Shown here: one piece after another, positions 44,639 through 53,457 of the stretch
Layout: each line of letters begins with the position of its first letter
Numbering within the stretch: the stretch's first letter is position 1
Source: Gemmatimonadota bacterium
GTDB taxonomy: Bacteria > Gemmatimonadota > Gemmatimonadetes > Longimicrobiales > Longimicrobiaceae
Direction of reading: 5' to 3'
Length of the DNA: 64,000 nucleotides
Assembly: GCA_040905395.1 (NCBI GenBank)
Contig: JBBDRR010000168.1
Span: 6,102 to 70,101 of the forward strand
Position numbers and translations under genes: made by a program
The notes under the pieces: generated by a model
Seen by the model: only the letters and a program-made list of their open reading frames with translations
What the model was told of the DNA's origin: nothing
Database searches by the model: none

Positions 44639-45472
44639 GTGGCAGACCTTCGCAGAGACTCGCATCGCGCGAAGAAGTCGCTCGGACAGAACTTCCTCAT
44701 CGATCCCAACCTCCAGCGAAAGATCGTGGAGGCGCTCGCCCCCTCGCCGGACGACGAGGTCCTGGAGATCGGACCCGGACACGGCGCTCTGACCTCGCAC
44801 CTCGCCGGCACCGTCCGCCGCCTCATCCTCGTCGAGATCGACCGCGACCTCGCCAGCCACCTCGCGACAAAATTCGCCGACCGGCCCTCCATCGTCGTGC
44901 TGAGCGCCGATATCCTCGAAACCTCGCTCGACGAGGTCGCCGAGGACCCAGCCCGCCTGAAGGTCATCGGGAACATCCCGTACAACATCACCACTCCGAT
45001 CATCTTCCACCTCCTCGAACGACGACCCCGTCCGACCTCCATCGTCCTGACGGTGCAGCGAGAAGTCGCCGATAGGCTTCTCGCCCGCCCCGGCGGCAAG
45101 GAGTTCGGCGCGCTCGCCGTCGGCGTCCAGTCCGTTGCTTCCATCGAGCGGATCACCCACGTCGGCCGCTACGCTTTCCGCCCGATCCCCGACGTCGAGT
45201 CCACCGTCATCCGCATCACTCCCTTCCAGCCCCCCCCGCTCGATCAATCGACGGAACAGGCGCTACGGTCCCTCTCCCGCACCGCTTTCGGAATGCGCCG
45301 TAAGCAGTTCCAGCGAATCCTCCGCGATGCCCTGTCCCTCTCCGCCGAGGAGGTCGGCAGACTCGGTGACACCACAGGCCTCGATCTGAGCGCCCGCCCG
45401 GAGACGTTCGACGCACTGGACTTCATCCGCCTGACCCGGGCCCTCATCGACGCCGGCCACCCGCCACCGTGA
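44639..45472 (+). CDS. rsmA: 16S rRNA (adenine1518/1519-N6)-dimethyltransferase
   Basis: 277 aa with KSLGQNFL, LEIGPGHGALT and GNIPYNITTPI motifs. Confidence 0.93.
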   Translation: MADLRRDSHRAKKSLGQNFLIDPNLQRKIVEALAPSPDDEVLEIGPGHGALTSHLAGTVRRLILVEIDRDLASHLATKFADRPSIVVLSADILETSLDEVAEDPARLKVIGNIPYNITTPIIFHLLERRPRPTSIVLTVQREVADRLLARPGGKEFGALAVGVQSVASIERITHVGRYAFRPIPDVESTVIRITPFQPPPLDQSTEQALRSLSRTAFGMRRKQFQRILRDALSLSAEEVGRLGDTTGLDLSARPETFDALDFIRLTRALIDAGHPPP

Positions 45473-45486
45473 CCGCGCGCCCGTCG

Positions 45487-45515
45487 TTGACTGGCGGTCG
45501 GCGATCGCGTATCTT
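45487..45515 (+). promoter_or_regulatory. Candidate sigma-70 promoter of rex (TTGACT-17 nt-TATCTT)
   Basis: Hexamers at 45487-45492 and 45510-45515. The -10 overlaps the Rex operator. Confidence 0.55.
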
Positions 45516-45531
45516 GTGAATGTTTTCACAA
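45514..45531. promoter_or_regulatory. Rex operator, perfect TTGTGAA-N4-TTCACAA
   Basis: TTGTGAATGTTTTCACAA was read directly. It matches the published Rex box consensus exactly and sits at the -10/+1 region of the rex promoter. Confidence 0.8.
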
Positions 45532-45532
45532 G

Positions 45533-46216
45533 GTGTTCCCCTGGCCGTTGCGGGACGTGGCGAAGAAAGAGCGCGTGGCCGACGAGAGGTCGGCGAAGAT
45601 ATCCGAGTCGGCAGTACGTCGGCTCTCTATCTACCTGAGGCTGCTGCAGGAAGCGGATTCGCTCGGGCAGGAAACTATCTCGAGTGAAGAGCTGGCGGAG
45701 CGCGGCGGGACGACTGCGGCGCAGGTGAGGAAGGATCTGTCGCTATTCGGGTCGTTCGGGAAGCGGGGACTGGGATACGCGGTCGGAGAGCTGCTGCGGG
45801 AGCTGCGGGAGATACTGGGGCTGGACCGGAGCTGGCGGGTGGCGCTCGTCGGGGCGGGAAAGATCGGTTCGGCGCTGATCTCGTATCGGAATTTTCAGCT
45901 ACGCGGATTCAACATCGAGGCGGTGTTCGACACGGATCCAGAGAAGGTGGGGCAGAGCTGGGGAGCCGACACGATACTGAACGACGCCCGTATGGAGCTG
46001 GTACTGGCGGAGAAGGAGATCGACATCGTGGTGCTGGCGGTTCCCGCGGACGCGGCTCAGGCGGTCACGGACCGGGTCGTGAGCAGTGGAGTGTCGGCGA
46101 TCCTCAACTTCGCACCCGTCCGGCTGCGGGTGCCGGAGGGAGTATCTCTGCGGAATGTGGACATGGTGGTGGAGATGGAGGGGCTCGCCTTCTCACTGAC
46201 GAGCGAGCTGCGCTAG
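45533..46216 (+). CDS. rex: Redox-sensing transcriptional repressor Rex
   Basis: Winged-helix N-terminus (AVRRLSIYLRLL, SSEELAE...VRKDLSLFGSFGKRGLGY) and a Rossmann motif (VALVGAGKIG). The true start is probably a downstream GTG (45557 or 45575), because the operator and predicted +1 overlap 45533. Confidence 0.9.
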   Translation: MFPWPLRDVAKKERVADERSAKISESAVRRLSIYLRLLQEADSLGQETISSEELAERGGTTAAQVRKDLSLFGSFGKRGLGYAVGELLRELREILGLDRSWRVALVGAGKIGSALISYRNFQLRGFNIEAVFDTDPEKVGQSWGADTILNDARMELVLAEKEIDIVVLAVPADAAQAVTDRVVSSGVSAILNFAPVRLRVPEGVSLRNVDMVVEMEGLAFSLTSELR

Positions 46217-46226
46217 CCTGTCGGTG

Positions 46227-46249
46227 GGCCTCCGCCTATCTTGGAGGCC
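46227..46249 (+). promoter_or_regulatory. Hairpin GGCCTCC-9 nt-GGAGGCC that sequesters the arcA Shine-Dalgarno
   Basis: 7-bp perfect stem between the rex stop (46216) and the arcA ATG (46251). The 3' arm contains the GGAGG Shine-Dalgarno. Confidence 0.35.
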
Positions 46250-46250
46250 G

Positions 46251-47510
46251 ATGAATACCCCTGAAACGATTCGCCCGAGCCGGGTTCGGGTCAGCTCGGA
46301 GATCGGCTCTCTGCAAGCGGTTATCTGCCACACCCCCGGCAGCGAGCTCCTCGCGGTAACGCCCTCCAACCGCGAGCAGTTTCTCTACGACGACATCATC
46401 GATCTGGAGCAGGCGCGGCGGGAGCACCACCGATTCCGCGCCGTGCTGTCACGGTTCACGGAGGTGTACGAGCTGCGGGAGGTTCTGGAGGAGATCGTCG
46501 ACGAGTCGGAGGTCCGGGAGTTTCTGACGGAGCGCGTGCTGCAGGTCTCCTCGTCGGAGCCGCTGGCGGGCGAGCTGCACGACATGCCGGGTCCCGACCT
46601 GATCTCGTTGTTCATCGAGGGCAAGGAGGCGCCGCAGGGGCCGATCGCGAAGCTCCTGCACAAGGTCGGCTACGAGCTACCGCCGCTTCCGAACCTCTAT
46701 TTTACGCGTGACGCCGCGATGGTGGTCAACGGGGGCGTGATCATCGGCGCCATGAAGTACGCGGTGCGCTGGTCGGAGGAGCTGCTGATGAAGGCGCTCT
46801 TTCGCTACCATCCGCGCTTCGGCAACGACGGCTTCATCTACGACGGCGCCGAGGAGTACCGCAGCGACTTCACCATCGAGGGTGGCGACGTGCTGATCCT
46901 GCGGCCGGACGCGGCGATGATCGGCCTGTCGGAACGGTCCAGCCCCGCGGCTATCGAGCTGCTCGTCCACGGCCTGCGCGAGCGGGCGGGCGTCGAGCAC
47001 ATCATCGTGGTGGTCCTTCCGAACCAGAGCCCGGCCATCCACCTCGACATGATCCTGACGATGGTGGACCGCGAGCACTGCGTCGTCTATCCGCCCTACT
47101 TCTTCGGACCGGGGCGCCTGCCCATCCTGCACTACAGCAAGGCGGACGGGGTGCGCGAGCACGCCGATCTCTTCAGCGCATTGAAGGCGGTCGGCGCACC
47201 GCTCTCCGCGATCCGCTGTGGCGGCGATCATCCGGTGACGCAGGAGAGGGAGCAATGGGCGAGTGGGTGCAACTTCGTCGCGGTCCGCCCGGGCATCATC
47301 CTCGGGTACTCGAGGAACGAAGCGACGATGCGCGAGCTGGAGAGTGAGGGCGGTTATTCTGTCATCGATGCGATGGATTTCCTGACCGGGGACGTGCAGC
47401 TGGACGAGGGCGAGCGGGCGGTCATCGCCTTCGACGGTGCGGAGCTGGTGCGGGGGGGCGGCGGGGCGCGATGTATGACGCTTCCGGTTCTGCGAGAGGA
47501 CGTCTGGTGA
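46251..47510 (+). CDS. arcA: Arginine deiminase
   Basis: 419 aa. N-terminal VSSEIGSLQAVICHTPGSEL and C-terminal GGGGARCMTLPVLRE (catalytic Cys) are typical of ADI. No arcB or arcC lies nearby. Confidence 0.8.
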   Translation: MNTPETIRPSRVRVSSEIGSLQAVICHTPGSELLAVTPSNREQFLYDDIIDLEQARREHHRFRAVLSRFTEVYELREVLEEIVDESEVREFLTERVLQVSSSEPLAGELHDMPGPDLISLFIEGKEAPQGPIAKLLHKVGYELPPLPNLYFTRDAAMVVNGGVIIGAMKYAVRWSEELLMKALFRYHPRFGNDGFIYDGAEEYRSDFTIEGGDVLILRPDAAMIGLSERSSPAAIELLVHGLRERAGVEHIIVVVLPNQSPAIHLDMILTMVDREHCVVYPPYFFGPGRLPILHYSKADGVREHADLFSALKAVGAPLSAIRCGGDHPVTQEREQWASGCNFVAVRPGIILGYSRNEATMRELESEGGYSVIDAMDFLTGDVQLDEGERAVIAFDGAELVRGGGGARCMTLPVLREDVW

Positions 47511-48385
47511 GCGCGGCCGGGAACCACCCGCCGCTGCCGGGCACCGAGCTGCGGCCGAGCGGGAGCCTCGTGGAACGGGCCCTGGCCCAGCTGGTGGATG
47601 GGCCCGTCAAAACCGAAGCCCTCGCGGCCGAGGTGCTCGCCCTCCGAGGGAACCCTCGCGCCGCCGCCGCGGCCGTATATGCCCTCCTCGGCTCCGACGC
47701 CCGCGTGAGCGTCGATTCGTTCGGCGTCTGGAGTCTCGCGGAGCGCCCCGAGACGACGGCCGTCGAGCCGCTGTGCGAGCAGGAGTGGGTGGTCGTGGAC
47801 ATCGAGACCACCGGCGGCTCGGCTGCCCGCGGCCACCGGGTCATCGAGATCGCTGCCGTTCACGTAGCCCGTGGCGAGATTCGGAGCGAGTTCTCGAGCC
47901 TCGTGAATCCGGGCAGGCCGATCCCCCGAATGATCACCTCCCTGACGGGTATCGCGAACGACATGGTCAGCGACGCACCACGCTTCGACGAGATCGCGAC
48001 GCGCTTCGCGGACGTTCTCGGCGGCCGGGTCTTCGTCGGCCACAACGCTGCTTTCGACTGGGGCTTCGTATCGGCCGAGATGGAGCGATCGCTCGGCCAG
48101 CGGCTCGACGGCCGCCGCTTCTGCACGCTTCGCGTCGCACGACGCCTGCTCCCCCATCTCCGATCCCGCTCCCTCGGCTCGCTCGCGGAGCACTTCGGCA
48201 TCCCGATGGAGGTTCACCACCGCGCCCTCGACGATGCGATCGCGACGGCGCGGCTGCTGCTCCGCTTCCTCGACGACCTGGAAGGCGAAGGGGTGGCGGA
48301 CTGGGCTTCCCTGGAGAACTTCTTTCAACGGCGCAGGCCCCGCCGCCGCCGCACGGCGATGCCCGCTCCCATGGAGCGCGTATGA
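47507..48385 (+). CDS. DnaQ/epsilon-like DEDDh 3'-5' exonuclease with an N-terminal extension of about 95 aa
   Basis: VVVDIETTGG (ExoI), GHNAAFDWGF (ExoII) and HRALDDA (ExoIII) motifs. A GTGA-overlap start was chosen; an ATG at 47471 is an alternative. Confidence 0.8.
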   Translation: MSAAGNHPPLPGTELRPSGSLVERALAQLVDGPVKTEALAAEVLALRGNPRAAAAAVYALLGSDARVSVDSFGVWSLAERPETTAVEPLCEQEWVVVDIETTGGSAARGHRVIEIAAVHVARGEIRSEFSSLVNPGRPIPRMITSLTGIANDMVSDAPRFDEIATRFADVLGGRVFVGHNAAFDWGFVSAEMERSLGQRLDGRRFCTLRVARRLLPHLRSRSLGSLAEHFGIPMEVHHRALDDAIATARLLLRFLDDLEGEGVADWASLENFFQRRRPRRRRTAMPAPMERV

Positions 48386-49296
48386 CGGACGTCTCAGCAC
48401 CGCCCCGGCGGGCCGAGGATCTCCCCCTCGTGCGTTCGTTCGAGGTCGGTGACCTGCGCATCCACGCGATCGAGGCGGGACTCCAGCGGCTGGACGGCGG
48501 CTCGATGTTCGGCGTCGTCCCCAAGCCGCTCTGGGAGCGCCGCATCCCGCCCGACGAAAAGAACCGCATAACGCTGGCGATGCGATGTCTGCTCGTCGAA
48601 ACCGCGGACGAGCTGGTTCTGATCGAAACCGGTCTCGGCAACAAGGAGAGCGATAAGTTCGTCCAGATCTACGGCATCGAAACGGCGCCGCCCGCTGGCT
48701 CCCCCGGCGCCGATCGGCTCCAGGCCGGCCTCCTCGAGCTGGGGTACTCGCTCGACGAGATCGGGGTGGTGATCAATACCCATCTCCACTTCGATCATGC
48801 CGGAGGGAACACCTTTCGCACCGAGGACGGCGAGATCCGGCTCGCGTTCCCGCGGGCGAGGTACGTTGTCCAGCGCGGAGAGTGGGACTACGCGCACCGG
48901 ACGAACGAGCGCACCCAGGCGAGCTACCTGCCGTACCACTACGACCCTGTGTTCGAGGCGGGTCGATTCGAGCTGCTGAACGGCCCGAGCGAAATCGTCC
49001 CCGGGATTTCCGTGGTGATGACGCCGGGCCACACGCCGTACCATCAGTCGGTGGTGTTGAGGTCAGGGGGCGTGACGGCATGCTTTCTGAGCGATGTGGC
49101 GCCCACCATGTCGCACCTCCCCCTCCCCTGGATCATGGGTTACGACGTGGAGCCGCTCGTGACGCTGGAGTCGAAACGAACGCTACTCACGCGGGCGGCC
49201 GCCGAGGATTGGCTCCTGGTGTCGGTCCATGACGCCGTTCATCCATGGGGCCGCATCCGCATGGAGGGCAGGTCGGTCGAATTCGAACCCGAGTAG
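48382..49296 (+). CDS. MBL-fold metallo-hydrolase
   Basis: 304 aa with THLHFDHAGGN (HxHxDH) and a later TPGHTPYH. ATGA overlap with the exonuclease. Confidence 0.85.
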   Translation: MTDVSAPPRRAEDLPLVRSFEVGDLRIHAIEAGLQRLDGGSMFGVVPKPLWERRIPPDEKNRITLAMRCLLVETADELVLIETGLGNKESDKFVQIYGIETAPPAGSPGADRLQAGLLELGYSLDEIGVVINTHLHFDHAGGNTFRTEDGEIRLAFPRARYVVQRGEWDYAHRTNERTQASYLPYHYDPVFEAGRFELLNGPSEIVPGISVVMTPGHTPYHQSVVLRSGGVTACFLSDVAPTMSHLPLPWIMGYDVEPLVTLESKRTLLTRAAAEDWLLVSVHDAVHPWGRIRMEGRSVEFEPE

Positions 49297-49299
49297 AGC

Positions 49300-50529
49300 A
49301 TGAACAGACAATCTTCACACGGTGATCCGCGCAACACCGCGGTCATCGTCAGCGCGGTCCGGACGCCGATCGGCCGCTTTCTCGGCGGACTCGCACCGCT
49401 GTCCGCACCCGAACTCGGCGCGATCGCCGTGCGGGAAGCGGTCGGACGAGCCGGGGTTCGGGGCGACGACATCGACGAGGTGATCCTCGGGAACGTGGTT
49501 CAGGCCGGCACGGGCCAGGCGCCGGCGCGGCAGGCGGCGGTCCGCGGCGGCGTGCCCGCCACGGTGCCGGCGCTCACCATCAACAAGGTGTGCGGCTCGG
49601 GCCTCAAGGCGGTCATGCTCGCCGCCCAGGCGATCCGCGCAGGGGACGCGCGGGTGCTCGTCGCCGGGGGCATGGAGTCGATGTCGAACGCGCCGCACCT
49701 CCTTCGCGGTCTACGCGAGGGTGTGAAATTCGGCAACCAGACGCTCATCGACGGTCTCATCCACGATGGCCTCTGGTGTTCGTTCGGCGAATGCCATATG
49801 GGTGGCCACGCGGAGTATACCGCGAACAAGGCCGGCATCTCGCGGCAGGCGGCCGACGAGTTCTCCCTCGAATCCCACCGGAAGGCCGTCGCGGCGATGG
49901 AGTCCGGCAAGTTCGACCGGGAGATCGTTCCGGTCGAGATCGCGGGCCGGAAGGGCACGACGACGGTGGATCGGGACGAATCCCCTCGCGCCGATACGTC
50001 GGCCGAATCGCTCGCGAAGCTTCGTCCGGCCTTCAGGAACGACGCACCGGACGACATCGACGAGCTGGTGGTCACGGCCGGGAACGCGCCGGGGCTCAAC
50101 GACGCTGCGAGCGCGCTGGTCGTCACCTCGGAGGAGTACGCTCGCACCGAGGGCCTCGAGATCCGAGCGCGCATCACCGGGTACGCTTCTGGCGCCACGG
50201 AGCCCCGGGACCTCTTCTTCGCCCCGGTCGTCGCCGTCCGCAGCCTCCTGGAGCGTGAGGGAAAGGCGATGGACGACTACGACCTGATCGAGGCCAACGA
50301 GGCGTTCGCGGTGCAGGCGCTCGCGGACGGCCAGGAGCTCGGCTGGGATTGGGACCGCGTCAACGTGCACGGCGGCGCCGTGGCCCTCGGTCATCCCATC
50401 GGAGCGTCCGGGGCCCGCGTGCTGACGACGCTGCTCCACGCCATGGAGAACCGCGACGTCACCACGGGGATGGCGACGCTCTGCCTCGGCGGGGGCAATG
50501 CTGTCGCCCTTTCCGTCGAACGTGTTTAA
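49300..50529 (+). CDS. Acetyl-CoA C-acetyltransferase (thiolase II)
   Basis: 409 aa with [10 protein letters not shown] (active Cys), [17 protein letters not shown] and [10 protein letters not shown] motifs. Confidence 0.95.
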   Translation: MNRQSSHGDPRNTAVIVSAVRTPIGRFLGGLAPLSAPELGAIAVREAVGRAGVRGDDIDEVILGNVVQAGTGQAPARQAAVRGGVPATVPALTINKVCGSGLKAVMLAAQAIRAGDARVLVAGGMESMSNAPHLLRGLREGVKFGNQTLIDGLIHDGLWCSFGECHMGGHAEYTANKAGISRQAADEFSLESHRKAVAAMESGKFDREIVPVEIAGRKGTTTVDRDESPRADTSAESLAKLRPAFRNDAPDDIDELVVTAGNAPGLNDAASALVVTSEEYARTEGLEIRARITGYASGATEPRDLFFAPVVAVRSLLEREGKAMDDYDLIEANEAFAVQALADGQELGWDWDRVNVHGGAVALGHPIGASGARVLTTLLHAMENRDVTTGMATLCLGGGNAVALSVERV

Positions 50530-50582
50530 TCGGATAGTAATTCGTCACGCATCATCATCCGGACAACTCAGCACCTGAGACC

Positions 50583-51158
50583 ATGTCTATCGAACGTAGA
50601 GAAGTATCGGTCTGGACCCGGCTCGAAGCCGTGGGAACGCCGCGCGCCCGTCGCATCGTCGGCATCGTCACCTTCGCGGTGTTGACCGCTCTCGGGGCGA
50701 AGCTGGCCGTCCCCATCCCCGGCACGGCGGTGCCGTTCACCCTGCAGCCGCTGGCGGTGATCCTTACGGGGGCTCTGCTCGGCGCCCGACTCGGTGCAGC
50801 GAGCCAGACACTGTACCTGCTCGCCGGCGTGGCGGGTCTTCCCGTCTTCGCGGCAGGTGCGGGCGCGGCATACCTGCTCGGTCCGACCGGCGGGTATCTC
50901 CTCGCGTACCCCGTCGCCGCCTTCGTGGTCGGCGCCATCGCGGGGGGAGGTGCCCTGAGGACCCTCGTGGCGATGCTCGCGGGGCTCGGCGCCATCTACG
51001 TCGGCGGTGTGGCGTGGTTGACGATCCTCGGCGGCTTCTCCGCCGCCGTGGCGCTCGGGCTGCTCCCCTTCATCGCCGCCGACCTGGTGAAGGTGGTCAT
51101 GGCCACGGTCGTCAGCCTGCGGGTCCGGGATCGGAGCCTGGAGCTCTTCGGCGGGTGA
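50583..51158 (+). CDS. bioY: Biotin transporter BioY
   Basis: 191 aa, polytopic, with VPFTLQPLAV and LGPTGGYLLAYP motifs. Confidence 0.9.
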   Translation: MSIERREVSVWTRLEAVGTPRARRIVGIVTFAVLTALGAKLAVPIPGTAVPFTLQPLAVILTGALLGARLGAASQTLYLLAGVAGLPVFAAGAGAAYLLGPTGGYLLAYPVAAFVVGAIAGGGALRTLVAMLAGLGAIYVGGVAWLTILGGFSAAVALGLLPFIAADLVKVVMATVVSLRVRDRSLELFGG

Positions 51159-51186
51159 GCCGGTCCGGCGCGGAGCCGGGGGCGCG

Positions 51187-52104
51187 GTGAACGCTCGAGC
51201 GGAGTGGCTCGACAGGCTTCTCTACCGCGACGGGCGAGTACGTCCGGGATGGCGGATACTCCTCTTCTTCGCCGTATTCGTTTTTCTGTCGATCGCCGGC
51301 CAGTTCCTGATCGTGGTGCTGCCCCGGCACCCGCTCGAATGGGGAAGCCTGATCGTCACGACGCTCGCCGCACTGGCGGCCGGCTGGATCGCCATCTCGC
51401 AACTCGACGGCCGGCACTTCGGTGCACTCGGCTTTCCGCTCCATGCGCGCGTTCCCCGCGAAACGCTCATCGGGATCGGATTCGGCGGCGTCCTCATCGG
51501 CGCCGCCGTTCTCCTTCTGCTCCTTACCGGCGCCGCCGGCTTCGCGCCCGACGCCGGGTCGATTCCAGGCTACCTCTTCTTCGTCGCGTGGACATTCCTC
51601 TTCTTCGCCATCGCCGCGACGTGGGAGGAAGCCATCTTCCGCGGGTACCCCTATCAGGTGCTCGTCGAGTGGATCGGCGCCTGGCCGGCCACACTCCTCG
51701 CTTCGGCGCTCTTCGCCTTCCTGCACGGGCAGAATCCCAACGTCACTTCCCTCGCGCTGGCGAACATCTTCCTGGCAGGCGTCCTGCTCTCCTTCGCCTA
51801 CCTGAGAACCCGCTCGCTCTGGTTCGCGACCGCGGTCCACCTGGGCTGGAACTGGGGCATGGCGACTCTCTTCGACTTCCCGGTGAGCGGCCTCGTTTTC
51901 GATACGCCGCTCTATACAGGGGTGCCCCTCGGGAACGACTGGTGGACGGGGGGCCCGTTCGGGCCTGAGGCCGGCGTGGCCGGCACGATCGTGCTGGCCG
52001 CGGGCACCCTCTGGATCATCCGTACCAGGCGGATCGAGGCGGACCCCGAGATGAAGCGACTCGAACCACTCGTCGATGCCAGGCTGAAAGGAGAAGCCCC
52101 GTGA
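51187..52104 (+). CDS. CPBP-family (CAAX/Abi) intramembrane glutamic endopeptidase
   Basis: 305 aa, polytopic, with EEAIFRGY (motif 1), FAFLHG (motif 2) and HLGWN (motif 3). Confidence 0.85.
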   Translation: MNARAEWLDRLLYRDGRVRPGWRILLFFAVFVFLSIAGQFLIVVLPRHPLEWGSLIVTTLAALAAGWIAISQLDGRHFGALGFPLHARVPRETLIGIGFGGVLIGAAVLLLLLTGAAGFAPDAGSIPGYLFFVAWTFLFFAIAATWEEAIFRGYPYQVLVEWIGAWPATLLASALFAFLHGQNPNVTSLALANIFLAGVLLSFAYLRTRSLWFATAVHLGWNWGMATLFDFPVSGLVFDTPLYTGVPLGNDWWTGGPFGPEAGVAGTIVLAAGTLWIIRTRRIEADPEMKRLEPLVDARLKGEAP

Positions 52105-52481
52105 GCCGCCCATCCGTGTTCTGGACGAGCAGCATGCTCGTCGCGCTGACCTTCGCCGGTCTGTCGTCCCTCCTGATGCCGTACGAGGCGCTCGGGATCG
52201 ACACCGGGCCCGACCGGCAGCAAACCTGGCTGCTCACCCTGTGGACCTCCGGGGTAATGGCGATCTGTTTCGGTGTTGCCGGGCTCCTGACGAACATCTC
52301 GCCGCTGGGCTTCCGCGACGTCCACGACAGCGGTTCCGTGACCGCCGCGCTCGACGCACGGCGGGAAGAGTCGCAACGTCAGCGGGCGAGCGGAATCTAC
52401 AACTTCGCCGGATGGACGATCGTCACCGGCGCGGCGCTGATCCTGGTCTACTTCGGGGCCTGGTGGTCAATCGGGCGTTGA
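52101..52481 (+). CDS. Hypothetical membrane protein
   Basis: 126 aa with 3-4 predicted TM segments. GTGA overlap with the CPBP gene. No motif recognised. Confidence 0.5.
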   Translation: MSRPSVFWTSSMLVALTFAGLSSLLMPYEALGIDTGPDRQQTWLLTLWTSGVMAICFGVAGLLTNISPLGFRDVHDSGSVTAALDARREESQRQRASGIYNFAGWTIVTGAALILVYFGAWWSIGR

Positions 52482-52505
52482 GCCCGCGAACAGCGAGAGA
52501 CAACG

Positions 52506-53360
52506 ATGACGGATCGGATGAAAGTGGCTGTGGTTGGCGCGGGAACGATGGGAAACGGTATCGTACATCTGCTCGCCGTCCATGGTCACGATGTGACGAT
52601 GATCGACGTTCGCAAGGAGGCCCTGGAGAAGGCCCTCGGCACCATCGCGGCGAACATCGACCGGCAGATCAGGAAGGGCGATCTGGAGGCGGCGGAGAAG
52701 GAATCGGCGCTCGGCAGGATCCGCACGGAGCTCGAGGTCGCAGCGGCCGCGGGGGCCGATCTGGTCGTTGAGGCCGCCTCCGAGAACCGCGAGTTGAAGT
52801 TCCAGATCTTCCGCCAGCTCGACGAAGTGGCGCCGGCCCGCGCGATCCTCGCCACCAACACCTCCTCCATCTCGATCACCGAGATCGCCGCCCAGACGGC
52901 GCGTCCCGAGCAGGTCGTGGGGATGCACTTCATGAACCCCGTACCCGTCATGAAGCTCGTCGAGGTGATTCGCGGGCTGTCGACTTCGGACGAGACCGCC
53001 CGCGTGGTGACGGAGCTGGCGGAGTCACTCGGCAAGACGGTCGCCGCGGCCGAGGACTATCCGGGCTTCGTCTCGAACCGCATTCTGATGCCGATGATCA
53101 ACGAGGCGGTCTTCTGTCTGATGGAGGGCGTCGCCGACAGGGACTCGATCGATACGGTGATGAAGCTGGGAATGAACCATCCACTGGGCCCGCTCGCGCT
53201 CGCCGACCTGATCGGCCTCGATACCTGCCTGGCGATCATGGAGGTGCTTCACGACGGCCTCGGCGAGGACAAATACCGTCCCTGCCCACTGCTGCGAAAA
53301 TATGTCGCCGCGGGCAGGCTGGGCCGGAAGACGGGCGAGGGGTTCTATTCCTACCCGTGA
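52506..53360 (+). CDS. hbd: 3-hydroxybutyryl-CoA dehydrogenase
   Basis: 284 aa with VAVVGAGTMGNGI (NAD fold), NTSSISIT and HFMNPVPVMKLVE motifs. Confidence 0.93.
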   Translation: MTDRMKVAVVGAGTMGNGIVHLLAVHGHDVTMIDVRKEALEKALGTIAANIDRQIRKGDLEAAEKESALGRIRTELEVAAAAGADLVVEAASENRELKFQIFRQLDEVAPARAILATNTSSISITEIAAQTARPEQVVGMHFMNPVPVMKLVEVIRGLSTSDETARVVTELAESLGKTVAAAEDYPGFVSNRILMPMINEAVFCLMEGVADRDSIDTVMKLGMNHPLGPLALADLIGLDTCLAIMEVLHDGLGEDKYRPCPLLRKYVAAGRLGRKTGEGFYSYP

Positions 53361-53396
53361 CCTGTTCGGCCGCCCGCACTTCCCGCGTCACTGATC

Positions 53397-53426
53397 GTGC
53401 AGATCCCTCGTTCTACTCGGGATCAC
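53397..53426. repeat. REP-like unit, reverse orientation, diverged
   Basis: GTGCAGATCCCTCGTTCTACTCGGGATCAC resembles the reverse complement of 8116-8146. Confidence 0.6.
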
Positions 53427-53441
53427 GGAAGTCGAGGCCCA

Positions 53442-53457
53442 TGGCGCGCCCGTTGCG
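53442..53457 (+). promoter_or_regulatory. Candidate sigma-54 (-24/-12) promoter TGGCGCgcccgTTGCG
   Basis: TGGC-C-N5-TTGC with canonical spacing, about 50 nt before the leucine dehydrogenase ATG. It is followed by the perfect 9-bp hairpin CTTGCCGCG-ccg-CGCGGCAAG (53459-53479). Confidence 0.5.

Noticed and set aside
50530-50582. BirA operator upstream of bioY.
   Set aside because: Only a weak CGGAT...ATCCG symmetry is present, and no TGTAAACC-type inverted repeat.
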